This document shows positions 13,251-24,100 of a stretch of 64,000 nt of DNA, one piece after another. Source of the stretch: Chrysemys picta bellii (lineage: Eukaryota); NCBI RefSeq assembly GCF_011386835.1, contig NC_088797.1, positions 30,194,001 to 30,258,000 of the forward strand. Reading direction: 5' to 3'. A program made the translations under genes and the position numbers. The notes below the pieces were generated by a model that worked only from the letters and a program-made list of their open reading frames with translations, ran no database searches and was not told where the DNA came from. Position 1 is the stretch's first letter. Every line of letters begins with the position of its first letter.

Positions 13251-14327
13251 GCGGCGGCGGCATAGTTCTTACCAGGGGAGCCGAGTGACACGGGCTGTGC
13301 TGGCCGCCCCGCGGCACAGAGCTGCCCTTTGCAGACATTGCGGATTGTGGCAGGCGTCAAAGTGTCGAAGAATTAAAACAATGAGCCATCAAAGAAAGGC
13401 TGGGATGGGGGGCAGCGCACCGCCCCGCCCGCGGCTGTACACAGCCAGAGCGAGGACACCTTGGGCAGCGGTGCCCCATCCAGCCCAGGCTCAACCATCT
13501 CATCCACCTCATGGTTTCTAATGGCTCTGTGAGCTGCTTCAGACGTGCCTTTGGACCCTGTACAGCTGCCTACTTACTGTGTTGTTTAGTAAGCCCAGCA
13601 AGTCCAAACCAAACTATGGCAATGCCATTGCAAGCAGAGAATTTAGCCTGGCTTGGGAAGACCCGTTCTTGTTTATAGAAGGGAAAGAGTCTAGGCCTAG
13701 AGTGGTGGTATGGAACACTGCAGCCCTATGGAAAATGTTTGATTTTTAGTGGCATTTTACATAAACCTCTGCAGAAATTAGCAAAAAATATCCCACTGGA
13801 TCGGCTTTGCAGGGGGAGTTAGTGCTCCACTGGAATGTTCATTGGCTGTCAAAGGGAAAGGATCTCAAAAGGTTTGGGAAACAAAGAGGACCAGTGCTAA
13901 CATTTTTGGAAAAGAGGAATGAACTCGTTGACAATTGCAAGCTTATTAAAGGCAAGGACTAGATAAGTGATCTAGCTTTCCTTATCGATATTGTGTTTCA
14001 TCTCAACACGTACAGGGAATCATTTGCCTTTTTGCTACACTGTTCAGTTGAGTTGCCTCTTTTATATAAAAACTGTGACTCTTTCAAAATAGTTTGTCCA
14101 AATAATTTGGACCACTTCATTCATTTTGCATCAGTTAAAAATTGAGAATGACAGGGGTATAAATGATGAGAAACTCCACCATGCAGTGTCTTCACTGTTA
14201 GAGTCATTTGAGAAGATTTTTAAGGTTGATAAGCACACCATGGCCCTTCTTACTACTTCTTTCACTGTTTTGTACGCTGATGTTGATAATTACCCTCCAA
14301 ATTTACAGAAATTCTTAAACTAATATA

Positions 14328-14880
14328 CGCAAAATAATTAATGGACACAAATCTGACATCGGGAATCATAATACTCAAAAACCAGTGGGAGAACACTTTA
14401 ACCTGTCTGGTCATTCAATGACAGACCTGCGGGTGGCTATCTTACAACAGAAAAACTTCAAAAAAGAGACTCCAAGGAGAGACTGTTGAGCTGGAATTGA
14501 TATGCAAACTAGATACAATCAACTCAGGATTGAACAAGGACTGGGAATGGCTGAGCCATTACAAACATTGAATCTATCTCCCCTTGTAAGTATTCTCACA
14601 CTTCTTATCAAACTGTCTGTACTGGGCTATCTTGATTATCACTTCAAACGTTTTTTTTCTCTTACTTAATTGGCCTCTCAGAGTTGGTAAGACAACTCCC
14701 ACCTGTTCATGCTCTCTGTATGTGTGTATATATATCTCCTCAATATATGTTCCACTCTATACGCATCCGAAGAAGTGGGCTGTAGCCCACGAAAGCTTAT
14801 GCTCCAATAAATTTGTTAGTCTGTAAGGTGCCACAAGTACTCCTGTTCTTTTTGCGGATACAGACTAACACGGCTGCTAC
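14328..14880 (+). mobile_element. 5'-truncated Penelope-like retroelement (GIY-YIG C-terminus plus terminal repeat)
   Basis: Encodes PVGEHFNLSGHSMTDLRVAILQQKNF...ELICKLDTINSGLNKD; 15-bp TSD TCTTAAACTAATATA at 14313-14327 and 14881-14895. Confidence 0.85.
14763..14802 (+). ncRNA. Minimal type I hammerhead ribozyme motif (U4C core variant)
   Basis: GCAU-CCGAAGA-A-GUGGGC(UGUA)GCCCAC-GAAA-GC-UU-AUGC: stem I 4 bp, stem II 6 bp, palindromic AGCU stem III. Confidence 0.7.
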
Positions 14881-15298
14881 TCTTAAACTAATATATTAAT
14901 TCTGGACCTGAGAATAAATTCAAAGAATTCTGTACATCTCCAGTGAACCAAGACATGACACCATGTTGGAAATTTTTCCCTAAAGGAGATTTTCCTCAGA
15001 TAGATGACCTGGCCCTTCGATATGTGGGCAGTCTTGGATCAACGTATCAAAACTTCCATTTTCAGAGAGGAAGTTTATTAAAGGTAAATATCACGCCTAG
15101 GTCACCATTTCCTAACTCACTGACTTACATGTACTAGCATCAGCAAAGCTGAACCCAGGGATTGATGACATTGTGGATAAGAAGGGACATTCAGAAACCC
15201 CTTTAGACTGCTACCATGACACCCAGATCATGGTTAGTTTTATTCTGCATTAATTACATTATAGGAAATACTGTAATTAACTGTCATATTTTTTAGAC

Positions 15299-15429
15299 CA
15301 GTGGTTTTCAATCTTTTTTTATTTGCGGACCTCTAAAAAATTTCAAACACAGGTGCAGACCCCTTTGGAAATCTTAGACATATTCTGCAGACCCCAAGGG
15401 ATCCATAGATCACAAGTTGAAATTCACTG
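15299..15429. mobile_element. Short hAT MITE
   Basis: TIRs CAGTGGTTTTCAA / TTGAAATTCACTG; perfect TSD TTTTAGAC. Confidence 0.85.
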
Positions 15430-16712
15430 TTTTAGACATGTTAGTAATAAAGTGATATTTTGGTATGTTATAAATTCATATTGTGCCATGGCTGGCAAAA
15501 AAAAGTTGGCCACCAATGATATAAACCATGAAGGTCCTGCTCTCCTAATAGGGGAACATACTATCGTGCTGGGGGTGGGGTTAGTTATACAATTTCTTCT
15601 CCACACCTCAGCAAGAGTTGGGAATGGTTTGTACTTAATACCCCTTCTCTGCTTTATAAATATATCTATACCCAGGGAGAAACCCCATTGGGAGTGGGGG
15701 AAAGAACCATCACCCTCCCCGTGGAAGGGAAAGTATAAGCCATATACCCTTTTGTATATACAAGGGGAAATACCATTGGGAGTGGTGGGGAGAAGACTCA
15801 TTCCCTCCCCTCCAATGTGGAAGGGATGCTATGATCCATACACGCTTCTGTATTAGGGGACATATCATAAGGGGAAATCAGTTCATCCCCCATTGGGGCC
15901 AACAGACTGAGAGGAGAGTGTGCCTACTGAGTCATCAACACCCTAGCTTGTGAAAACACACAATCCTAGCCTGGTGCAACATCTCTGCAGACTCCCTCCT
16001 ACTTACACTTGCGCCTTAGGATAGTAACTAATATAAATATTTTACTTTAGGGCCTGGTTTGTTTCTTTAAATACTGCCAGCCAAAGCAGCCCTATATAAA
16101 TATTTGAAATAAGCCCCTGGTTATCTCTTAAATCATTCTGATCCCTAAAAAAAAAAAAAAGATACATCTTTCTTGGGCGTGTTAGGGGCTTTCTATGCAA
16201 AAAGCTGGCATCCTGGTGGAGATGGAGCCAGCAATGCAGAGCTGTAGATCCTGGTGGCAGTTAATAGGAGTAAGGGCTGAGTCGTTGGAAAAACTGACAA
16301 GAGGAAGAATAGGAATACAACAGGCCCCAAGGACTGTGCAGATATTCGGTAACTATATCACATTCTCCCTTCCTCTGCTGCCTGTGAGAAAAGGAAATAT
16401 CTCCATGCCACAGGAAAATGGAAGCACAGGGAGGTGCAGATCCAATTATGATGGGGGCCAGATAACTAAGAGGGACTTGCCTCGAGATCACACAGAAAAT
16501 CAGGGCCAAAGAACAGGGATACAGGTGTTCTGGCAGTCAGCCCCTACCCCCACCCTGCCCTTCTCTAGCCACTAGACCACACTCCTATCCCAGAGCTGAG
16601 AATAAAACCCAGGAGTGCTAACTCCCAGTCCTGAGCTGTTCTTGCCCCTAGACCTCACTCCTCCCTCAGCTGGAAATAGAAGTCCTGGTACCTAATATAC
16701 CCTGCACTAACC

Positions 16713-17186
16713 CAGTGTCCCAATCAGTGGGTTGTGAGAAGGTTGTAGATGAGTCATGGGCCTGGTGTGGATGGGAGGTCCCAGCAGGCTAAGGGGGTTA
16801 GAAAGAGAGCCTGCATTGCACTCACCCCCCAACAGCAGCTCCTGTCCTGCAGGGCTGGGCCCAACTCCCATCTCTGGCCATTCTGGGCCAAAGCTGAGTG
16901 GCGCTGCAACCCCACGCGCCAGGTTGGGGAACTGGGCCCAGCACCATGGGACAGGAGCTGCTGCTGCAGGGTGAGTGTAGAGCAGACTTGCTCTCCAGCC
17001 CCCTTTCCCTGCAACCTCCCCTCTGCACTGGGCTGGGATTAGGGTTGCAGTGCTGGTCCCCTGTCTGTGGAGGAGGAGAAGAATGCTGACCTATGATTGG
17101 GGAGGAGGTGGCATGAATTTGGACCTACACTAAAAAAAGAAAATGCAGTCGGTGGGTCACTTGAGTAGAAGGTTTGGGAACCCCTG
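16713..17186. mobile_element. hAT MITE
   Basis: Termini CAGTGTCCCAA / TTTGGGAACCCCTG; TSD CACTAACC/CTCTAACC (7/8 match). Confidence 0.7.
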
Positions 17187-19119
17187 CTCTAACCTACTAA
17201 ACCCTACTCCTCTCCCACAGTTGGGGAAGAACCCAAGAGTCCTGAGTCCCAGCTCCCCCACTGCTCTAGCCCACTAGACCCCACTCCCTTCCCAGAGCTG
17301 GGGATAGAATCCAGGAGTCCTGACCATCACCCCTCCCCTCCCCTTCTCTAACCATTAGACCCCACTTTCACAGCAATGCAAGGGGCAGGGAGTGGAGATA
17401 GCATTTCCCCAAGGGCCCCCTACACCTCATCTTGTATTTCCAGTTCAGCTTCTTTTTTCCCCGCTATACAGAGGGTTATTTCAGGGCATTACCCTGGCTC
17501 CTGGCCAGGTACGAAGGAGCTGCTCTCAACTCCTTTGCTGGTTCATAACCCGAGTGCAATGGGAGAGATGTAAACAGGAGCTTAGGGGGTGAAATTGCAG
17601 CTCTCAGCATGATCAGATAACATTCCTGTGACTGCCCAGGGCTCTGCTGCTTGTTCAGCTCCCCTTCTCCGGCCTCTTGCTGCCAAGGAAGCTCAAAGCT
17701 TGTTCATAAATTAACCCTTGGTACAGGCAAAATGAGGCATAGAGAGGAAGCAAGCTGGCTATGGTCATAACGGCAGGAGTAGGTACAGAAACCGGGAGTC
17801 CTGACTCAGCGCCCCCGTCATGCCAGGCCTCGAGACAATCAGAGAGACAGCCCTTGCCCTGAAGAGCTCACAGTCTAAGTAGACAAAGAAAGGGTTTGTA
17901 GATGGTTAAACTGAAACCCAGAGAGATGAAGTGACTTGCACGAGATCACACAGGGAGGCTGTAGCAGAGCTGGGAATGGAAGCCAGATCTCCTGGGTCCC
18001 AGCTCTGTGCCTTAAAGACAAGGCCAGCCTTCCTGTCTCTTACAATGATCAGGGACTGCGTCTTTGGTGTTGCCATAGAACAGCATAGCTCAGGCAATCG
18101 CAGGGTGAGAGAAAACACTCCCCAGCAGCCTGATTCTGTCCAGCAGGAGGCAACGACACACAGACACACAATACATTGCAGCCAGCACAATTCATGGACA
18201 ACGCTGTAGTTATTGTGTAGCATCATTTACCTGCTGCGAGAAGCACCATGTACAGTTTGTGTTGCTGCCCATTTTCGACCCAAGCAGCTAGTCAAATTTC
18301 AGGACTCCGGGAATGTTCCAGTGAAGAGGAGAAATTGCTGATACTCAGGTATTTCTTTGATGCACTCTTGGTTATTTATAAGAAATGTACACAAAGCCCT
18401 GATTCTCTGAATGCAGGAGGAACCAAGAACAAAATGAGAGGATTTCTGCATGTTACCAATTAACTGCATAAAAAATGACCCTTTCAGTTGCAACTCAATA
18501 GTCTAAATCCAAATTTTACAGCTGAGAGAGCTGTCTCCTTCTGATACACCCCTGGGATAAGTCTATGCACCACAGCCCCTAGTTCCATGCTGGGGTCAGC
18601 ACTGACTGCGACAGGAGAGCACCCCCTACTGACCTCCCATCCTGCTCCCTGCAGCAAAGAACCCTCTAGTGTCACACTGGGGCATTGGGGGGAGCACTTA
18701 GTGTGAGGGGAGTGCTCCCTACTGAGCCGTTCATCCCTCAGGCATGGCGGCAGTAGCAGCTTCCCTAGCCTTCTCTGGATATGTATCTGGGCTGCATGAG
18801 AAACTCAATCTCTGCTTAGTCAGCAGGAGGCACTGTGGGGTGGTCACCCATGGGCTAAGCAGCAGCACTGTAGCCAGACGTCAAGGACTAAGATGGCAGC
18901 CTCGGATTCAGAGCCGAGCCTCCAGAGAAGAAGCAGTTCTTGGAGTCTGCATGAGGGAGATGTAGCCACACCTCAACGGGGAAATATCCTCCAGGAGGCA
19001 AAGATGGCCTCCAAAGAACACTGGCCAACCAGTCAGCCGAGATGTTCACTAAGGAAAGCTAGAAAATCAAGATGGCCACAAAGAAAAGTAGACCACCAAC
19101 ATGGCCACCACCATGGGGC

Positions 19120-20310
19120 CTAGCAGGCTAAAGCAGGGTCATGCAGGCCTCGCCACAGCCGGATGATATCCTGGGGTGTCCTGTGATCCACCATGATGAG
19201 TTCCTTGTAAGCACACAAGTCCTCCTGTCCCTCGGCCTCCATGTTGAAGGTCCAAAAACCAGGGTGGTTCTGTGGCACCAGCGCCAGTTCTCTCAGGCAG
19301 ATCCCCAGGTAGATGTTGTCGATGGGAAAGAGGGGCAAGTGGCACGAGGCCTCGTGGAGCCGGGTGGCCACATCCCGTGAGCAAAGGATTCCTCCACCCC
19401 CCACATAGGGTGGGTAGGTGCCCTGATAGAAGGACTCAGGGACATAGTGCTTGTGTTTGCAGTCATGGACTGGGGCAGCATCCTGTATAACATGGCCAGC
19501 AAAGAGGCCCCGGCGAGTGACAGCATCAAAGCTCCCAGCGTAAGCCATCAGGGTGTCCACCCTAACAAAGACATCATCATCCCCCAGGAAGATCAACTCC
19601 ACACTGGGGCAGTGGCCCCGCAGCCACCCTAGGAACAGGATGTTCTTTAGGCTGAGATTGTAGAAGGTATCCTGGAAGTCCCAAAGCAGGAGATCCCTGT
19701 TTTTCCATCTTTCCAGCTCTAGAAGCGCCTCCAGATCTGGATGCCCGTCCCCTGAGCCCTGCCTGCCCAACAGGAAGAGCGTCTGCACTGTCACATTCCT
19801 CACTAGCCCCGTTCGGCCCCATGTCTGCCGGATGGCTTGACGTCGGTCAAAGTTGGCCATCTGGGACCTAACAGCCACCAGCAGTTGGGTCCCATTTGGG
19901 CAGGCCTCATCATCTGCTGGCCCAACTAGCAGCGGGTAGTCCCTGCAGTGCATGGAGAGGACGAAAGCCTGGAGGTGGCTAGGGTAGGAGGAGAAATCTA
20001 CTAGCCTCTGGGAGGCTTCATGGAAACTCTCTCCACACGTCCCTGGCAGTGTGAGGTTGAACTGGGCTGTGGTGTTCCTCAGTATGGGGTTTTCCAGCCG
20101 GTCCATGTAGAGCAGCAACAGGTCCCAGAGGGGAAGGCCATGGAGGTCCCTGTGCTGCCACAGCCTCAAATGGCCCCCAATGAAAGCTGATCTCCCTGAA
20201 GCCTGTAGACTGAGCGGCCTCCTTGAGAGCGTCACTACAGTGTAGACTATCACATTGGCGACAAAGACGCAGGACAGCCAGACATAAGCTTTGATGTAGC
20301 GGAGCTTCAT
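19120..20310 (-). CDS. GT31 beta-1,3-N-acetylglucosaminyltransferase, B3GNT2/B3GNT8 subfamily (B3GNT2-like), 396 aa, single coding exon
   Basis: N-terminal type II TM anchor; motifs RRQAIRQTWG, LFLLG, DTFYNLSLK, GDDDVFV, YPPYVGGGG, FPIDN and C-terminal Cys. The ATG at 20310 follows an acceptor at 20330. The upstream 38 codons in the ORF track are intronic. Confidence 0.9.
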   Translation of the reverse strand: MKLRYIKAYVWLSCVFVANVIVYTVVTLSRRPLSLQASGRSAFIGGHLRLWQHRDLHGLPLWDLLLLYMDRLENPILRNTTAQFNLTLPGTCGESFHEASQRLVDFSSYPSHLQAFVLSMHCRDYPLLVGPADDEACPNGTQLLVAVRSQMANFDRRQAIRQTWGRTGLVRNVTVQTLFLLGRQGSGDGHPDLEALLELERWKNRDLLLWDFQDTFYNLSLKNILFLGWLRGHCPSVELIFLGDDDVFVRVDTLMAYAGSFDAVTRRGLFAGHVIQDAAPVHDCKHKHYVPESFYQGTYPPYVGGGGILCSRDVATRLHEASCHLPLFPIDNIYLGICLRELALVPQNHPGFWTFNMEAEGQEDLCAYKELIMVDHRTPQDIIRLWRGLHDPALAC

Positions 20311-20774
20311 GGTGTGTATGGGGGGGGTGCTGTGGAGCAAGGAAGGGAAGGGGTTAGAGGGTACATCCCAATTGCATTTGAGGCACCTCCCTGTACCACC
20401 ACACACACCCAAACAGCCTCCCACAGCCGATTAACTACCCCCTCCCACAGACACCTCACTGCCCAGCAGGACTTTTCAGGTACCTGCCTCCCACACACAC
20501 CAACAGCCCCCCGTGGCCATTCAACTACCATCTGTGTGCATACTCTCCACAGCCATTCAACTACCCCCTGCACACACACACCTTGACAGTCTCCCAGAAT
20601 GTATCAGGTATCCCCACACAGACAATCCCATGTTTCAGGTACCCCCACATGCACCCTGACAGCCCCTCCAGGACTTTCCAGATAACTGCTCTCCCCCAAA
20701 CCCTGACAGATATCCATGGCCATTCAGCTATCCCCCCCACACACACACACACCTCTGCCCTTTTTGGTACTTAC

Positions 20775-20836
20775 ATGGCACTTCTGCTTGACTTCGTTCT
20801 CAGAGCATTTCACCCAGGTGGGTTTGTCTCTTTATA
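20775..20836 (-). promoter_or_regulatory. TATA box and short non-coding first exon of the B3GNT2-like gene
   Basis: Minus-strand TATAAA at 20831-20836; GTAAGT donor at 20774; pyrimidine tract and CAG acceptor at 20330-20332. Confidence 0.6.
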
Positions 20837-21339
20837 TCCATTGTAGAGTGGGAACCGGAAGCCTGGAGTTGGGAGGGGCAGCAGTGACAGAGTCTGGAGT
20901 TCTAGCCTCCCTGCTCTAGCCACTAGCCTCCATTCCCCTTCCAGAGCCAGGATAGAACCCAGGAGTCCTGGTTCCTAGCCCCCTGCTCTAGCAACTAGAC
21001 CTCACTTTGCCCCTAGAGCTGGGAGCTGATCGTCCCTTCTGCAGAGGAGCTGGTTTCAGCTTTCAGTGGGTGGGGCGATGATCGGCTCTTATCTTGAGTC
21101 AGGTGCAGAGTCCTTTAGGGGGAGGGAAGCAATTGGGACAGTGCAATGAGAATAAGAGGTGGGGGGGGGACATTAATCTCGAGAGTCAGGCAGCAGCAGT
21201 GGGGTCAGTACAAACCGGTTCCTAGCTGTTCATAGTGCTAGTGCTGCTTCCCACCCACCCTCCCCATTTGGCACAGGGAGGGCAGGGGTGGGTCCTGGCT
21301 CCCAGTCCCTCCTGTCTATCCCATGAGGCCCCCCTCTCC

Positions 21340-21520
21340 TCCCAGAGCTGGGGATAGAACCCAGGAGCCCTGACTTCCAGCCCCACTCCCATTGTAGCCA
21401 CTAGACCCCCCTTCCCAGACCTGGAAATAGAACCCAGGAGTCCTGACTCACAGTCTCTCTTGTTCTAACCCACTAGACCCCACTCCTCTCCCAGAGCTGG
21501 GGATAGAACCCAGGAGTCCT
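21340..21520. repeat. GC-rich dispersed tandem repeat (CCCAGAGCTGGGGATAGAACCCAGGAGTCCTG...CCACTAGACCCCACTCC)
   Basis: The unit recurs here and at about 16570, 17190, 20920, 23440, 23740, 24420-24620, 39680 and 46450. Confidence 0.75.
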
Positions 21521-21903
21521 GTGTCCAACCTGGCTGGGCCGGGGGCCTGGGGCTCTTTAAACAATCAGCGGGGAGGCAGGTGTGCTCCAGACAAGATCCG
21601 GGCTCCGCGTGCTCTCCCACTCCCAGCCTTGTTTCCCACATTCAGTGCCTCTCACCTGGATTCTGGGGTGGGAGACGTCAGTGCCTGTGCAGCCCCGCGG
21701 GGGGAGCCAGGGAAAGACAGAGCTAAGTAGGGGTGAGGGGAGAGAAATGTTGGATGAGCTTGAACAGAGCTCTGGCTCTTGGGAGGCACTGGCAGGCGGC
21801 TGCTTAGGTCGGGTGGGGCAAGGAAGCCTGCAGGGAAGGCGGGATCCAGGGCTGTCCCAGGTGGAGCGGGGGAGGTGAGGGGATCTGGGCTGTGGGGGAG
21901 AGG

Positions 21904-22460
21904 CAGGGCTGGCTCCAGGCACCAGCCGAGCAAGCTCATGCTTGGGGCGGCAGATTCTAAGGGGCGGCTTCCCTCCAATCCTTTTTTTTTTTTTTGCTTT
22001 GCCACTCCGGCCGCCCTGCAGAGTTTTTTTTCTTTTTGGTTTGCCCATCTGGCCGCCCTGTAGGGGGCGGCGGCGCAGAGGAGGGGGAGCACCCTGCTGG
22101 GAGCGGGCTGCGCGCTCTGTCTGCCCCAGCCAGTGCCAGGACTGCAGCAAGCCCGGCAGTCCACGTCCTTCCCTGCCCGCCGACCGGAGTGGCGCGGAGC
22201 TCTCCCGGCAGGCGGCGCAGCGGGAGGGGCCACGTGGCGAGCGCCCCGCTGAAGGAAGCCCTGGCCACCCCCCTTCTCTACCCCTCCCCCCGCTCTCTCC
22301 TCTTCCCCCCGCTAGCCGGGGCACACATTCCGCTGCCCGGGGCACATCTGCAGCGCAGGGAGTCCCCCTGCACCCTGGCTCCGGCCGGCCCGCACCGCAC
22401 CGCACGGTTTTGTTTTGGTTTTTTTCGCTTGGAGCAGCAAAAAAGCCAGAGCCGGTCCTG
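21904..22460. mobile_element. CpG-rich hAT MITE (CAGGGCCGGCTC family)
   Basis: TIRs CAGGGCTGGCTC / GAGCCGGTCCTG; perfect TSD GGGAGAGG; same family as 38735-38981. Confidence 0.88.
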
Positions 22461-23570
22461 GGGAGAGGGAGAGAGAATCCAGGGCTGTCTGGGGTTGTCG
22501 GGAGTGGAGGGGGGATCCAGGGCTATGGGGAGTAGGGGGACCAAGGGGATCCAGGTTGGAGGGAGCAGGGGTCCGATGGGGATCTGGGGCTGGGGGAAGT
22601 GGAGGGGCGAATCTAAGGTTGAGGGGGACTCAAGGCTGGAGGGTGAGAGGAACATGGGCTGTAGGAGGATACAGGGTTGAGGGGCTCTAGGGCTGGGGGC
22701 AACAGGGGAGATCCAGAGCTGACAGCTTCCCTCGCCCCATGCCACTGGTTGCAGCATTGCTGGACTCTTACCTCCCCCCGGCCATGTTTTCTCCCGCCGT
22801 GCTCCAGGACACTAGGGTTCTGTCTCTCCAGACTGGGGCGCTCCCAACCCCCTGGCAGCATATTTGATCTCTTTACTGTCCCTAAGCTGGATTTCCCACT
22901 ACCCCCCTCCTGTTTCTAATTTCATCTGCCAGGGCACCATTCCTTCCATGATCCCATGGTTGCCACCAAACAGCACCCCACAATCCCAGTATTACCAATG
23001 CAGCAACACCTGCCTGAGTCTGCAGGGAGCCTGAGCTGATTGCTCCAGAAAGGGGGTGCTGCTCCAGGCTTCTCAGTGAGGCATTAACCCTGAAAACTAG
23101 AGACTGTGAGTTCATCTGGGTAAGGACTCTCTCTCTCATTGTGTCTGTGCAGCGCCAGGCAAAATGGGGCACCTGATCTCAGTTGTGGCCCATGCAGTGT
23201 CTGGCATGATGGGGGCCATGACCTTGGTCAGGGTCTGTGGGGGGCCCTGATCTCACTTAGGGGTCTATGCAGCGGACAGCACAATGGGGGCCCAAATCTC
23301 AGTCAGGGTCTGTGCAGCACCCAGCACTACAAGGGCCCCCATCTCAGCCAAGTCCTCTAGCTGATACTGTAATAAAAACAATAATAATAATAATAATAAT
23401 GACTCCCAGCCTCCCCCTCCTCTAACTACAGGGCCACATCCTCCTTCCAAAGCCAGGCGTAGAACACAGGAGTCCTGGCTGGCTCTCAGTTTCCAGCTCA
23501 GCACGCCCCCTGCTCGATTTGGTGCAGTAACCCCAGTAAGAAAAAAGCAAACTCTGCTCTCAAAGACTCA

Positions 23571-23576
23571 TTTATT
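23571..23576 (-). terminator. Probable TSGA10IP polyadenylation signal
   Basis: Minus-strand AATAAA about 530 nt past the stop codon. Confidence 0.6.
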
Positions 23577-24100
23577 TGCCGGTACTTTGCGTCTCTAATG
23601 CAGGGAGCTGTATGTGACCCTCTCCGTTCCAGACGGGGTTATTTTCAGGCGGTGTCCAGAGAGTCAAGAGGAGACTCTAGCCTCTTGTTCAGCTGCAACC
23701 TGTCAGCAGGACATGAACCAAAGGAACCACTAGATTCCCCCTCCCCTCCCAGAGGTGGGAGTAGAACCTAGGAGTCCTGAGAGGGCTAGATGAGCCAGGA
23801 GGTTCAGCAGGCCCTGTGCTGGGAGATGTATAGCCCCTGGACAAAGGAAAATGGAAGATCCAGCTGGATCTATAGTGCCTGGAGTACCCAACATCTGGGT
23901 GATCCATAGTGCTCGGGGCTGGGACAGCCAGCTGGTGAGCTATAGGATCCAAGGCAGTGAGATCTATAGGGCTCAGAGCTGTGTAATCCAGGGGGACTCT
24001 ATCAGACCTGGGGCAGTGGGATCCAGCAGGGATCTACAGGGGCAGGGGGATGTATAGGACCCAGGAAAGCGGGATCCATGGGGGATATCCAGCACCTGGT

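Larger units (their letters stand above)
13560..15215 (+). mobile_element. Fossil hAT (Buster/SPIN-like) transposase fragment, interrupted by a Penelope insertion
   Basis: Remnant motifs HWLSKGKDLKRF (about 13840), SDLAFLIDIVFHLN (about 13970) and FPQI..LALRY..SLGSTY (about 14990), with stops and frameshifts. Confidence 0.7.

Noticed and set aside
21340-21520. Regularly spaced ~45-60 bp repeats as a CRISPR-like array
   Set aside because: Eukaryotic context, degenerate units, no unique spacers and no cas genes; it is a dispersed tandem repeat.
21557-22680. Long overlapping ORFs (up to 282 aa) and an apparent CpG island
   Set aside because: Explained by a GC-rich hAT MITE with TIRs and a perfect TSD; the translations are low-complexity with no domain.
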